A DNA stretch of 64,000 nucleotides from Tubiluchus corallicola (Eukaryota > Animalia > Priapulida), in contig JAQGDQ010002375.1 of the NCBI GenBank assembly GCA_030141605.1, forward strand, positions 62,001-126,000, written 5' to 3'. Shown here piece by piece: positions 23,901 through 38,900 of the stretch; the first letter of the stretch is position 1, and each line of letters opens with the position of its first letter. The notes under the pieces were generated by a model. It worked only from the letters and a program-made list of their open reading frames with translations, did no database searches and was not told where the DNA came from. Both the position numbers and the translations under genes were made by a program.

Positions 23901-26900
23901 ACAGCAGAACTGAAAATGTTCACCTCAGTATAAATTATCATTCAATTAACACTCAAACAAAAATCAAAACTCTTTCAAAAATTACAGACCTGTTGAACAA
24001 GGACGTTCAGTGTCTGCGACATCAGGACAAGCGCAGGCATGTCCGAGTGGCGTAGCTAGGCAGAGATGAGTGCACCCTCCATTGTTCTGTGCGCAAGCAT
24101 TTGTGCCTAAAGCAACAACATAATTTTAAAGCACTTTTTGCAAACAGTTTACAATTTTTTGCTATGATTCAAGTGTTGTTGTTAAATAAATTACTGTATT
24201 AATTTTATTGTTTTAATAAGATAGTAGTAGAATGGAATTTGAAAAAGACTGAGTCGATTACTTCACTGCAATTCAAAAATCAGTTGCCAAATCAATGCCA
24301 TGCTATTTACCTAAAACCTACGGCAAAGTTGCGGGTCAAAGCTTCTCAAAAATGTCTTGCTCTATTTTTGCAACCATTCAAAAATTATAATAAAGCTTAG
24401 CAAATGAAGTCATATACTACTATATGGTTTGTCAACATAAGCAGACTCTGACTTCTTCACATATCCTTTGGCAAATACGCTTTATAATTTCATCTAAGAT
24501 AAGCAATATTTGAGATAAGCTATTTTGTATCCATACCGTCTTGATAGTCAGCCGACACAACGTGAATGTCCATTAAGCCCTCCAAATTTCCACGCACTGT
24601 TACTCTATTCTTTCCAGTTCTCTTGTCGACTCGCTCGATATTCCTTGATTGCCAATCAGTCCAATACAAGTATTCTCCATACTGAAGCAATATGTGGAAT
24701 ATACACTTTATTTACCGTTTGACATACGAGTGATATTTACCATACCATTCAACCGAGTTTTCAATTTTGAAATGGGTCATTATTATTAATTGGCTACTTC
24801 TACATCACAATAAATAAATGCGCCAGAATAATTAACTATACCTGTGTCAAGCCAAAAGGATGAGATACTTGATCTATCAGTCGTACTCTGTTCTTCCCAT
24901 TCAGATCAGAGGTTTCGATTCTGTCAAACTGTGCATCAGCCCAGTATAACCTAAGTAATAAATATATCAACCATATATGAAACAGAATAATCTCTCATAT
25001 AATTTAGTTCAACTTGAAATCTAAATGAATGAATCTGTAGTAGCATTAGAATGACACGCATCTGTCGAAAAAATGGACTGTTTATCGCAACTTGCCAACA
25101 AGAAAAGTGTGGCATTATGTGTTACGTAGATTCCTATGAGAAACGGCTAGTTTAAAAAATGATTTTTTAAATGTTGAGCCCCTCATATTTTGGCAAAACA
25201 AATGAACTGACAGCCCCATAAACTAATCCTATAAACCAGGTTTCAATATCTCAGAATCGTGATTTTGACTATCAAAAAATCTGAAATGCAGCCAATGTAT
25301 CAGCTCAGCTCTATACCACAAATTGTTGGTATAGTAAGTCCTCACTTAACATTTTCCTTAAGGCTAATGAGTTCCCGCAAAACACAAGATAAGGGTAAGG
25401 GGGGAGGGGCATTATTAATGGAGGACTTACTATACTTGCTAACATCTTTATTTGGCATGAAACCATTTAAGACAGTCTATAGTTCATTCAGATATGTTGC
25501 GCTCTTGAACAGTTACTATAGGCCTAACTTGAAGTGATACAAATTTATTTAGTTGTAAACATTTTAGCATAATATACTAGTAGTACAAACACAATTATGG
25601 TATTACAGACATGTACAACAATGAAATGTAGCATTAACTAGATACTCAGCATTACCTTTCACTGCTATAATCTATGGTAATCCCATTCGGCCATCCGAGT
25701 TCAGTGGTCACTAAAGCACGACGGCCAGAACCATCCAAGCCTGACCGCTCTATACGAGGACGTGTACCCCAATCAGACCAAAACAGATATCTGTAAAAAT
25801 GTTCATAACAGGTTGGAAAGGAAAGCAACGTGAACAACTGAACATGAACTTGTTTATCTAGGGCTAACTTTATTTCTTAATGTCTTATTAAATGACTGAT
25901 GATTGCAAACTTTTTGAAGCCAGGATAGTTTGTAAGCTATTATCAACATTAAATTAAGAAATTTTAAAGCTGCAACTGCAACATCATTTAACGTATCCAA
26001 AGATAAAATGACAAACAAAATCTACATAATGGAAACTCATGCAGGCAGAGAATCACAGTTATCAGGCAAATAAGGCAACATCAGGCACACACTGAGCTTG
26101 ACTACAACAGTTAAGCAACACTGAGCATCCTTAATAAATCGACAAGTGACTGCACGAAAAACAGTTTCTGATTAATTTTGTCTGCTACACTGTGCTAGGT
26201 ATTTTTCCAGTTATTCCTTTCTCTGAAAGAGGACATATCTTTAAAAATTTTGTAGGTCCAGCATCTCATTTCAGGGGATTATTCTTGACAATCCAGATAG
26301 GTTCCAGTCCCTCTACAGTCATTTTGCATTAACAGACAGATGTTGTCCTTGAGTGTTGGCAGCCCTTCTACTAGGAAGGAAAAGCAGCAAAATACCCTCT
26401 CTTTGGAAATGTTGCAATTGCTCTTGGTTCATCTATGTGTTGTTTGATGATAATCTTCCGAGACGAACCATCAAGACGGGAGACTTCGATCACATTGCGA
26501 CCTGAAATTTTCAAACAAAACAGATGACTATGTTTTTAACTGATGACTGATGACATTCTCAAACAATACTGTGCAATAACTCAAACAAACGATGACTTCT
26601 AACAACTACGAATCACTGTTCTTTGTACTACGTTGTTTATATGAACTGGCTGTTATGTAAACCAAGAAAGTGTAAACAATAAACAGAAATATAAACATGC
26701 AGTAAAACCACATCGAGATGTTACCAGTGTCAGTCCAGTATAAGTTGCGAGCAATCCAGTCAACAGCTAAACCATCGGCTGTCTTTAGTCCACTGCTAAC
26801 AACTGTCTCCATATTAGATCCATTATAATCAATTCTCCTAAAACATTCATCGAAATTATGAAAAATTCATTTACATAACTTATTCAGGAAAAGAGTAGTA

Positions 26901-29900
26901 CTGTTTTTCTCTTCGGTGTACATGGTAATAGTAACATTCTTAGTGTTTTTTGTACATACAGCATTATGAAATATGCATGAGGACACAATGGAGCTAATGC
27001 TCGAAAACCAATTTTAGCAATTAGTTAATGTTAGTTAGCTAATTTTTTGTAACTTTTGTGTTTAGTATCAGTAAATTGTCAAAAAGAAATTATACAACAT
27101 TGTGCAATATACCTAATGACATCCAAATAGACATCAGTATAATACAACTTCTTTTCAACGCTGTCATAGCTGAGTGCAATGACGTTATGCAAGTCGGGAA
27201 TAGGAATGTAAACGTCTACGTTCTCTCTCGTGTCAAGTGAGATGCGGCAGATGTTGGACCTCGTTGCAAACAGAAGAAACGTGCGAGGGTCTAAAATAAT
27301 AACAGTACATAACTTTTAATACTACAGTTATGCTTACAAAGGTAGATGGTGCACTAACTGAAGGCAAGATGGTGAACTCAGAACTATAAAAGATGAACTG
27401 CACTATACAGTTATATTGTTCAAACCAGTCACCACCAGACATCGCTTTACAATTATTCACACAGTTTTAAGCAAGTATATTCACACTGAACTGATGATAA
27501 AAGAATTATCATAAAAGAAGAAATAGTAGGCAAATATACGAAAATATAAATGTGTGCTTGCATAGCAAAATTGTCCATAAGCCAGCAATTAAGCTTTTCT
27601 AGTTAGTCACATATCCTGAATCTCCATTTCATGAGGATCATTTTAATACCAAGCTCATCTCTCTATGTTATTTCTAAGCTAAGATAATCCACATTGAAGT
27701 TGCGGTACAGGCTATGCCCAGAAAAATGTAATATTGGGAAAAAAACGTTGCTAAATTCAGCCATTGTTTTTTGTCTACAAAACACTTAGTAACCTTACGA
27801 AAGTGTGGTTGCTACGGATCTTGCAAGTACAAATTGAATTTACGTTTAAATCCAGTGGATGACTCTTCCTGATGAAAATCTGGTCCTGTCAACAGAAAAA
27901 ACCCGAAGCAAAATGGCTGCTTCCACGAGCTACAATAGGAGTTAAAAAATACGAGTTTTCTTACAATTGCAGTGCTAGTTTATAGACAGAAAAGTGGGTT
28001 AGGAGTTATAAAATTAGATTTTTGGTATTTTTTGGGCATTTTCCTGATAATTTGACGCTAGAAAAAAAAGTCCAATATATTTAGTATTTGTTTTCATAAA
28101 AAATAGAATATCGACATTTGACCAAATTTTTGGGGCTTCCTACCTTGAATCATCATAACGTAGTTTTAACAATGCCGACTTATGGACAGTTTTGGTTTGC
28201 AAGCACACAAAGGTAAAATAGTTGTGTGTTGCGAATATATGTAATATAGTAATATGTGTACTGAATTGAAATAAAAATTGAAAAATAAAAGGCGTAGAAA
28301 TAAAAATGTGTAATTTACTTTGTATATATTTAAGTCTGTAAATGATCAAATTTTAAAAAAGAGTATCCCCTTAAAATAACATGACTTTTTAGCCATTTAA
28401 AAAGCATATAAAAAATTTCTCTACAGACAAATTTAGATATGTAGACTGCAAATTAATATATCATAAATGGATAAAAACTTATCCATACAAGATTAGTTAT
28501 TACCAGTGTATATTCCATAAATATATTCATATACACACACACACACATGGTAAATACTGTGCTTACTGTCATAGCAGGTTCTTCCATCTGGTTTTAGAAG
28601 TGTTCCGGTTGGACACGCACAGCTTGTACCCCGAGGATTTGGTAAACACAAATGACTGCAACCACCATTGTTTATGCCGCATTTATTCACGCCTAAAAAA
28701 AGAATACGAACAATTAGCAATTCGAGGTATTAAATAAAACTAGCCCTAAATTCGAAGTAACGGGTTACTCGCTTGTTTAATTTTTTCTGCCCAATTGCCT
28801 AAATACGTCATTTAGAATACCATGTACCACTGCCGTACATCGGGTCATTTTGCAAAAAAAGTTTGAATACGGAGTAACTCTATTGCGACGTCTGGATATA
28901 AAAACAGCTAAAATCTTGCTACATAAAAAGAGAATGAGATCGGCATCACGGCCAAATAGACCTCTTTACAAAGGCATTTTGCACGCGGTAACAAAGTATA
29001 TCTTGGACAACCCAAGTTTTGTATCAGGTGGGCTTTAGATAAAAGGTGGCAGTTTTAACCACAGCAAAGCATAGCAATAAACACAACAGAATATTAAAAC
29101 CACATAAATACCAATATTAGATAGCTGTACGGCATGTATATCCATGAGACCAGACAAGTTATTTCGTATAACTTCAGCACCGTTGCCAGTATTCTTATTG
29201 GCACGCTTAATGTTACGCAAATACCAGTCTGTCCAGTAAATGTAGCTGCCGCTGACCGTCAGACCATACGGGTGTGGTGCATCCGAAATGAGAGTACGAC
29301 GGTTACTTCCATCCAGACTGGAACACTCAATAACCTAAGTTTAAGTAACAATCAACATTTGAAATCATTGTTAAAAATCCAAAAATAACAAAAACAGATT
29401 TTAATCGTAATTTGAACACACATTTTCCATTAATAAATTTCAGATCACAAAAAGTTTGGCAGTACATAGAATAGAAACGGGAAACAACTCTTGAAATGAC
29501 AAAAAGTGGAGAAGGGGTCAGTTACTAACATGTATAGATGTACTGCAAAAAGATTTAGCAAATACAACTATAGATTTAAGGGATGATGCATTGCGGGTGG
29601 TGGCAGTAGACAGAAATGCATGACATCAACAGATGGGATGTGTCATGTTTTACAACATAGCAACACCTAGATGACGATGCGTTTATTACAAAAAGAAAAA
29701 GTGGTTACATCAATAGCTAACAAGATAAGAAGGAAAGGGAAGGTGCAAAGGCAAGTTTTAAAAACAAGTTACACAACGAAGGACGTAATAATAGATGATG
29801 TAATAAAATGGAACATAATAAAATGTGAGAATGAAATTAAGGATTATATTCACTAAGAAAAGCAATTTAAAGTAGTATTTTTAAGAGCAAAGCTGTTAAT

Positions 29901-32900
29901 ATCGACCACGCAAGATGCGAAATCTGAACAAATCATACAAATTACTAATCTTATCGCAAAGTTTTGAAAATGAGTTACTGAATGAACTCTCCAACCTTGG
30001 TCTTTGCATCAGCCCAAATCAGACGAGCGCCTGGGCGGTCGATTGTAATTCCATTTGGCCAGCCCAAATTTTCGCTGACGACAACAACTCTATTCTCTCC
30101 GTCCATGTCAGACCTCTCTATTCTTGGATTAAATCCCCAATCAGTCCAATACATGTAACTGAAAGTACAGCAAATAACATAACTGAAAAAACTGAATCAT
30201 TAGGAGACAGTATCACTTGAAACTCAAGTTCAACGACGTGTCATTGAATAAAAAATCCTGAACTTAAAAAAGAAAGAAAGAGCACAACGTCTCAAACTAC
30301 CAATGTAGTTCCTCAGGTGATGAAAAAAAGTTAAAAAAGAAAAAATCTTACAATTAAAAAGCAAGGAGAAAGAAAGAAAGGGCACAATATTTCAAAGTAC
30401 CTATCTACCTCTTCGGGGAACAAAAAAGACTAAAAATGGAAAAATCTCTGACAATTACTAGATATACAAAAAACTCAAAAAAGTCTAGTAGTTTTTTTTG
30501 TTCACATGTCAATGAGCTTATACAAGCCTTTGCTTCTCTAGACCACTGCAGTGCAAATATTGTTTAAGGTAACGATAGTGAATGAAACATAATACATATA
30601 CTACAGCATGATGTAACAATAATGACAGTTTGTCACATTGCATTCAATGTAACTATTGTACTGAAAGTAATAATAATAATAATAATAATAAAACTAGTAA
30701 ACTATTTTGTTCAGTTTTTTGTTTAAAATATTAACACAGTGGCAACTTTTTCTTTTCCCTTGTTTTCTAACAGTGAGTTTTTTGTATTTAGTATCACTAT
30801 TCTTGTAGTTAAGAGTGAATCTGCATGAAAAGTCTTCCAAAAGTAATAATCAATAAATTCCAACAGGTTACACGTCACATTGAGTTCCATATTTAACTTC
30901 TACTAAACCTGTTTAAATACAAAAATTAAAAAATGCCAAGTTTTAAAATAGGAGAGCATTAAACAGTATCCTTAAAAAGCAATCCCATTATAAATAGTCT
31001 TAAAGCCAAAACAAAAATATACATTTTTGTTGACCTTTTCCACTTCTGACTCCTGAAGGCAAGTCACTTGGAAATTCTCATCAGATTTGATCATCGATTT
31101 TGAGACAAAATCAACATCATCAACAAAAATATCACAATAATCACCATAATCATCGTCAACATCATCATCATCTTTTCTGTGTTAATCATTTAGATCATCA
31201 TCAACAACCAATGTCATCACATCATCATCATCATCATCATCTGAGTGTCAGTGTCATAATAAGCATTCTCGTAATTCACAATAAGCATAATTACAATATA
31301 GTTATTTTTTACTAGCCATTTTTTTATTTTTGTAATTGAAACCATTATTTGAATCGAGTGTTAATGTATAAGATGGCTTCTTATATCCATACTATGACAA
31401 TATATTAAACGAAAACCATGATGTGTTGCTATGACAAAAACCAAACCACAATATGTAATAGAAAATAGCTTATCATCCAGCAATCTATGTAAGGCGGAAA
31501 TGATATAATGCTAAATAAATGAATAAATATTCAAACATAAAATATAATGTAAATAAATTGTCCTTGATTTCCATGCGTTACATTAATTTTAAACTTGGAA
31601 ATGAATATGAAGAAATGAATGAAGCAAACCATACCCAGCATTATAAAGCAACGTGATGGCGCGTGGACTATCCAGGTCTTCCCAAATGAGCACCTTGCGA
31701 TGGGAACCATCCAGATTTGCCACTTCAATTCTGCTGTTTCCCGTGTCGGTCCAGTATATTTTCCTGCCTGAAGCAAGAAAAACAAGTGGCATGTCATTGC
31801 AAAATGACTGGGAAAAATCAGGATGGACAAAATAACGTTATGGCCCTTCAGGAGAAAACAAAAACAAAGGTACCAGGGGAAAAAGTTGACGCAACTGATA
31901 AATGTGCGTTCAATAAATGTTCCTTATAACTCTGTCCAAGCAAACTAAATTTCCATGCAGCAACACCTAAAGTGGGCATGCGCCTGTATGATTACAGACA
32001 AAACATATCCACCATTTGCAGTAATAAAACAAGAAAGCCAAGTCAAAGTGGTACTGCTACAACATGCATAATTTAACTAATTGTAATCCAAACAAAATTT
32101 AACTAACGTTTTAAACTAAATACAGGAAAGTGAGAAAATTTTTCAAACTCACATTAAATATTTTAAGAACTAGCAAGATATTTCTGCAAGCTGCCTAAAT
32201 CACAGTTAGCAGTGACACTTCAAGGTTAAATTTCTACATCAAAGGCTCACATAAAAACGATCTTCAAAAAGAAGTGTCACAATTTTTTAGAACAAGGCAA
32301 TTAATGTAATTCTTGTCAAATTCTCGTTTATTGGATCCGATTTTTTGGTTAATCAATCCATGTGAATAACTGAGCATTTGCTTGGTCAAGATTTGCCATT
32401 TTTCCTTCTGCAGTTTATAATCATTTAGTTCGCAACTAATAAGTAACCAACTGCTCAGTTTTAAAAGTAGCGAAATTTTCTTTTTTAAGACTTAAAATTT
32501 TATTGGCTGAGCTGTTTTGGCAGTACAGTAAGTCCACACAAACGACTCCCCATTTAGTGATGTTTGCTTTTAACGACGCTGAACATTTAATACCTTTTCT
32601 CACTTAACGATGCATGTTTCATCTTAACACTGATTTTTTTACTTTGTTCAATGCCATTTTTTATTTTATCAACATTTTCACCTAATTTGAAATCATACCG
32701 ATCACATTATTCTGTTCCAAGAACACAGTACAGTTAATATACTTTTAATAAATGCCAGACACGTGTTAAAGCAAGATCTATCTGTGCGGATACAAACTTT
32801 AAGTGAAGCTATTTTGCCTGCAACATGTTGCTATAGCAACCAGTATCTAGAAGAAATTGTTTCAAGTCCTCCCATGCATTATGCAACCTTGTGAAAAATA

Positions 32901-35900
32901 ACATCACAGCTCTTAAAGTATTTAACATGTCGAAGATACCATACCCCATGCTAGTAATCCAAACATTTCATACAACCCTAACAAATTATTGCAGTCACAC
33001 CACAACCACTGCTGTTCGAACGATACCTGTGGAATCTACAGCAATTCCATCTGTAGTATTCAATCCTTTAACTATGACATCTTCAATATTAGATCCGTCA
33101 AGATTGGCTCTCTGTATGACGTCCAACCTGCTATCAGACCAGTACACCTTCCGGTCTACACGATCTACGTCTACCGCAATAGCTGCCTCCAGGCCACGAA
33201 TCGGCAGGACAACGTCGGCAAAGTAAGGAACGTCGAGCGAGATCTTACGAATGTCCTTGCCACGTGCAAATATTAAGAAATTGTTCATGCCTGCAACACA
33301 ATAACACATTTAACCATGGCTTCACTGATTTCATTAATTTTTTTTTACAGTTCAACCACAAGTAGATATGAACATTTTCAGTATTACAGCTTTTAACAGT
33401 TACAGACTTATGAATCTATAACCTCCTTACAAGTATTTTGAATCAATATGTTAATGATGCTAATTTCAGAAAGCTAAAAAATAACAAAGGCTCACCAAGG
33501 AACAGGTGCTTTGTTAAACAAAGACGATGCTAAAAATTGTAAGCTAACTTGGGATTTGAACCTGAAACCTGTGGCATAAACTGTACTTGCCTTGCCAACT
33601 GTCCACTACACGGCTAAAATCAAACAACTCACTTTCTGGTTAAAAGCAGTTGACATCCATTAACGTACATTAACTAATTGAATGTGTATAGTAAAGCAGT
33701 TTAATTACGTTATTTAAACACTACAAATTGCGAAAAAGCAGAAAAAGTTAACCTAAATTCAGTAGATAAAAAAGATACAAAGGCGTTTTTATTAATACAA
33801 ATATTCATAATAGTCTTAATTTTCATCCAAAGCTCTATACAAAATGCTATAATTCAGTTACCACCATTTAGTCAAAGAATTACCCTTACTGTTGTTCATG
33901 GCTGATATTCCTATTGATCTCTAAGGTTAAGAACTATTCACCTAGTAAAATGACATACCTTTTGCACAAGTCCGTCTATCAGGTAGCAGGTTAATGCCAG
34001 TAGGACAAGCGCAAGACTGCCCCTTAGGAGCCAATAGACACAAATGACTGCATCCACCATTGTGAACTTTGCATAACATTGGAACTGCAAATTACAAATG
34101 TAGAAACTCAGCACCATTATTACCTTACTTCGCTATGACTGTCTTCACACATATGTCTTCCAGGTATCTTTTACATCAAAGTCATCAGCCTAGTGAATTT
34201 CCTTTCATATGCTCATAATGATTAATAGCCCCAGTGTGGAAGGGAAAAAAATGCTCACCACCAAAATTGACTAACTGAATGCCCAAACATAAGACAGTAG
34301 CAGTTTAATGCAACATCACATTCCTCCTTATAAGCTTAAAATCTTCTTCTACAAACAAGTGGTTTAATTACATGTTTCTGCATAATCAGCAAACAATAAT
34401 TACCTTGTATAACTCAAGCTATACAACTTTGGCATAGAAGTTTATTCCATGCTCATATTACCGTGAATTAAATATACTCTGCTCTATTATAGAAATGTAA
34501 AGCAGCCTTGCTCAACAATTAATTTTCATAGAGTACCAGTATGTTCAAATCTAGTCAAACGTGGTGGCAATGTAAGTGAAGTAATTATGCACACAACGAC
34601 TAACAGAAATAACTGTAAAAGTTTACATTTACACATCAAAATATGCCATACAGTTTGAACAGTTTAGCTCACGACTGCTAGAAGAGAAGAACAGCATTAA
34701 TGCCACATTTTACAGAGTAAATTATTAATAATGCCAACGAGAAATAGCATTGCCAAAATAAAAGGGACCCTGTAGATGAATACATTTTAAAATAAGAATT
34801 CTTAACAACTTGTTCGCATCACGCAAAAGACTGATTTCAATTACTGTAACTATGTAAATTGCGAACATGTCCTTAGATTAATATATTTGTTTAAATAAGA
34901 ATTATAAGTATTCGCCCTACTTCAAATTAGGCATAATAAAGTTTAGTTTATTATAACAAGAATGAATCTTAAATTACAATATTATTAAGACAATTTAACT
35001 AATGCTTTTTAAAAAGGAATAAACTTTTCTTAAACAGGAATGAGCTTTCTTAAGAAAGAAATTGCTTACGTGTTTGCCTAGAACGATGAAACATGTGAAT
35101 ATCCATGAGATTATCTAGACCATTGACAACAGTCGAGCGATGGCTCCCCTTCAGCTTGTCCGCCATTTGCACACTTTTTGTTTGCCAATCTGTCCAGTAG
35201 ATGTAGTTGTCATGTAAAGTTAGCCCGAATGGATGCTGAAGATCGACTCCTATTAAAACCTGTATGAATAACACAAGGTGTTAAAAATGACAATTTGAAA
35301 CAGTTACAAAAAGATAAATGCCACTTTGACAAATTTCAAGACACTATAGCTCTCTTGTTCTCTTGCACATTTTTAATCTCAAACAAAACTGGAAAAAATA
35401 TATGATAACCAAATTTGGTTGCTGTCTGCATGATAAAAAAGAGATTAATTTGAAGACAAATTGCAAAGCCTAAACAAAATTTGTCTTGGAGGAATTGGTA
35501 GCTGAGAAAACTCATGCCTCTGATCCTGATCATTTGGGTTTAATACTCGCTTTAGATTGTTTAATTTTTTTGTTATATTACCTGTGAGAGTCTACCTTGT
35601 AGGAAGAAGATGTGGCCATGATGCCTCTTCTGGTTAAGACATTTCATACATATATCATCATCCTATTCATTCTACTCTTTTTTTTAATTAAATTTTTGTT
35701 AACAGAGCAAGCTGATAAGTAATATTTCCTGGAAGCTCTCTGCACATACACAAGATTTTTTTTCAAGACTAGTGCACTCTGGGTGTCCTTATAATAATCT
35801 ATATCACTTGTATTACTTCTAGATAACCACAAAATGTTAATGTTCATCATGACGATAGTTAGTATTATTAGTTATTATTACGACTGTATGCCATTAATTT

Positions 35901-38900
35901 GGATATAACTGCGTGTTGGCAAAAATAAATAAACATCTAAACAATTTCCACACTTATTTTCCTATCTTTTTTATCTAGTTTTCTGTATTAGTTTCTATAT
36001 AGTTTCTATACTCATAGTTTCCATACTTACTTTCCTATCTTTTCCATCTAGCTTTGAGTATTCTATTGTCTTCATTCCAGCGTCAGCCCAATACAGCAGT
36101 GCCCTCTCCGAATCAATGGCCAACCCATTTGGCCAGGTAAGATTAGTACTGACAATAACAACACGGTTACTTCCGTCCATGCCGGCTCTTTCAATCTTGG
36201 AGTGTAGACCCCAATCAGTCCAAAAGAGAAACCTGTGTGAATGAATATTACTGTGAAGCAACTACAATGAATTTGCCCCAATGCTTGTGGACTCTATCAG
36301 AATGGAAGTAAAACACATTCAGACTACATGGCAACAAAAACAAATGGTTTAAGTGAAAACAGTGGTAAAGGGCAGAGTTGCAACTTTGTGGCACCGCATT
36401 TAAAGTTTTAATTATACTTCACTTTGTAATTTATCTAAAGTAGTTTCATAGTTGCCACTGTTAATAATTTGACTTGTTTTTCTTATCCTCAAGTGCATGG
36501 TGTAGGTTAATTAAACATAATCTTAATTAAATCCGTTTTCCTTAGATAAAACATTAGAAATAAATAAAAATGCCATATAATTATAATGGAATCCTCATGG
36601 TGCTGAATGGCTTCAAAGTGCTGTGTGGCTTCAAGGTGCTGGATGACTTCAAGGTGCTGGATGACTTCGAGGTGTTGGATGGTTTCAAGGTGCTGGATGA
36701 CTTCAAGGTGCTGGATGACTTCGAGGTGCTGGATGGTTTCAAGGTGCTGGATGACTTCAAGGTGCTGGATGGTTTCAAGGTGCTGGATGACTTCGAGGTG
36801 CTGGATGACTTCGAGGTGCTGGATGGTTTCAAGGTGCTGGATGGTTTCAAGGTGCTGGATGACTTCGAGGTACTGGATGACTTCGAGGTGTTGGATGGTT
36901 TCAAGGTGCTGGATGACTTCGAGGTGCTGGATGACTTCGAGGTGCTGGATGGTTTCAAGGTGCTGGATGACTTCAAGGTGCTGGATGACTTCAAGGTGCT
37001 GGATGGTTTCAAGGTGGTGCTGGATGACTTCGAGGTGCTGGATGGTTTCGAGGTGCTGGATGACTTCAAGGTGCTGGATGACTTCGAGGTGCTGGATGAC
37101 TTCGAGGTGCTGGATGGTTTCGAGGTGCTGGATGACTTCAAGGTGCTGGATGACTTCAAGGTGCTGGATGGTTTCAAGGTGCTGGATGACTTCAAGGTGC
37201 TGGATGACTTCGAGGTGCTGGATGGTTTCAAGGTGCTGGATGACTTCAATGTGCTGGATGACTTCAAGGTGCTGGATGACTTCGAGGTGCTGGATGGTTT
37301 CAAGGTGCTGGATGACTTCGAGGTGCTGGATGGTTTCAAGGTGCTGGATGACTGCAAGGTGCTGGATGACTTCGAGGTGCTGGATGGTTTCAAGGTGCTG
37401 GATGACTTCAAGGTGTTGGATGACTTCAAGGTGCTGGATGGTTTCATGATGCTAAACAGCTTCACATTTTTCAAGGAAATTAACTACTAAACTACAAGGC
37501 ATGACTCACCCGCCTATAGGATCTACAATAATGTCCCGTGGTCGATCCAGTTTTTCCCAAATAAGCACACTCCGCATACTCCCGTCAAGATTGGCTACTT
37601 CAATCTGATCCAGTCCCGAATCTGTCCAATACAGCTTACGACCCACCCAATCCAGAGCTAGCCCAGCAGGGGATTCTACACCAGCATCGATAACTACCTA
37701 AAAATAGCCAGAAATAATCATGGAGTTAGAACAGAAATTCAGTCTTCATTGGCACTTTTTTAACAATGACAAGCTGAAAAGAAACTAGTAAAGAAATCTT
37801 AGTTTTCTTTAAGTCACACCTATGAATGTAAGTGATACACACCTTCACGCAATGTAAGAATTGTTCTTTACAAATGCTTTTGTCTAATATTACCTCCTGA
37901 TTGGATCCATTCCAGTGAGCTCGACTTATGCGGTCGGTAGTAACATCTGTCCAATATATGTGACCATCTTCATCCCAGTCGAGTGCAACAGCACTTCGGA
38001 TGCCCTCTAGAGGTATTACTATATCCAACCGATCATCAGTGTCAAAAGAAATGCGACGGATGTCTGTTCTCCGCGCAAAGACCAGAAATTTGCTGATTTC
38101 TTTGCAAAGAAAAATAACCAGTCAATAAACGCAATGCAATTTGCTTTGATACTGACTCTCCATTAATATCCATAAATAATCAAAATGATCAAAATAGAAA
38201 ATTAGCATGTATCTAATAATAACACCTATTACAGATTATATTGTTTAAAAAGGTTCATACTTCATACTATATTCTATCAGACTTTAGATGTGCGTACGAA
38301 AAAGGCAAACTATTTCCTCATATCAGCTACAATTAAATGCATTAATTTTCATGAAAGCTTTAAAAAGATTATTGGGCAGATGTCAATTTGATAGAACAAA
38401 CCATACAAGAAAAACCACATACTCTTCACCGCAGCAAATATATGACAAGTCAAACACAATTACAATAAAATTACAATAAAATGAGCGTTATTATGTTACT
38501 ACAGGAGCAATCATTAACATTGATTAATCATGTAAAAACGTTACTACTTGCCATCGGCACACGTCTTCTTATCTAACAGAAGTCTAAAACCAGCTGGGCA
38601 ACCACATGAATAACCTTGTGCATTCAGCAAACAAAGATGGCTGCAACCGCCATTAAAATTTTTACATTTGTTGATGCCTAAAAGTTAAAAATACTGTTAG
38701 AGTGATAACATTATTTGCTATTGCACTATTTCTACAGCATAAAAACTGCAACATTCGTTGTTTTAATTCTAATTTGAAAACCGCCTTAGCAATTAACATT
38801 ATAAGACGATTTGTTAAGAAGTTGTTAGATGAAAGGATTCTGATTGCAATGAACTTCAATATGCAAGTAACAAGAACTCATGAAACACTTATATATACAA

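Noticed and set aside
31768-33026. Possible U12-type intron (donor GTATCGTT), looked for because SNRNP48 is nearby
   Set aside because: It mismatches GTATCCTT, has no TCCTTAAC branch site near the acceptor, and has a normal polypyrimidine tract. No U12 intron was found in the window.
36600-37466. CRISPR-like array
   Set aside because: Head-to-tail units with no unique spacers, in a eukaryotic intron, with no cas genes.
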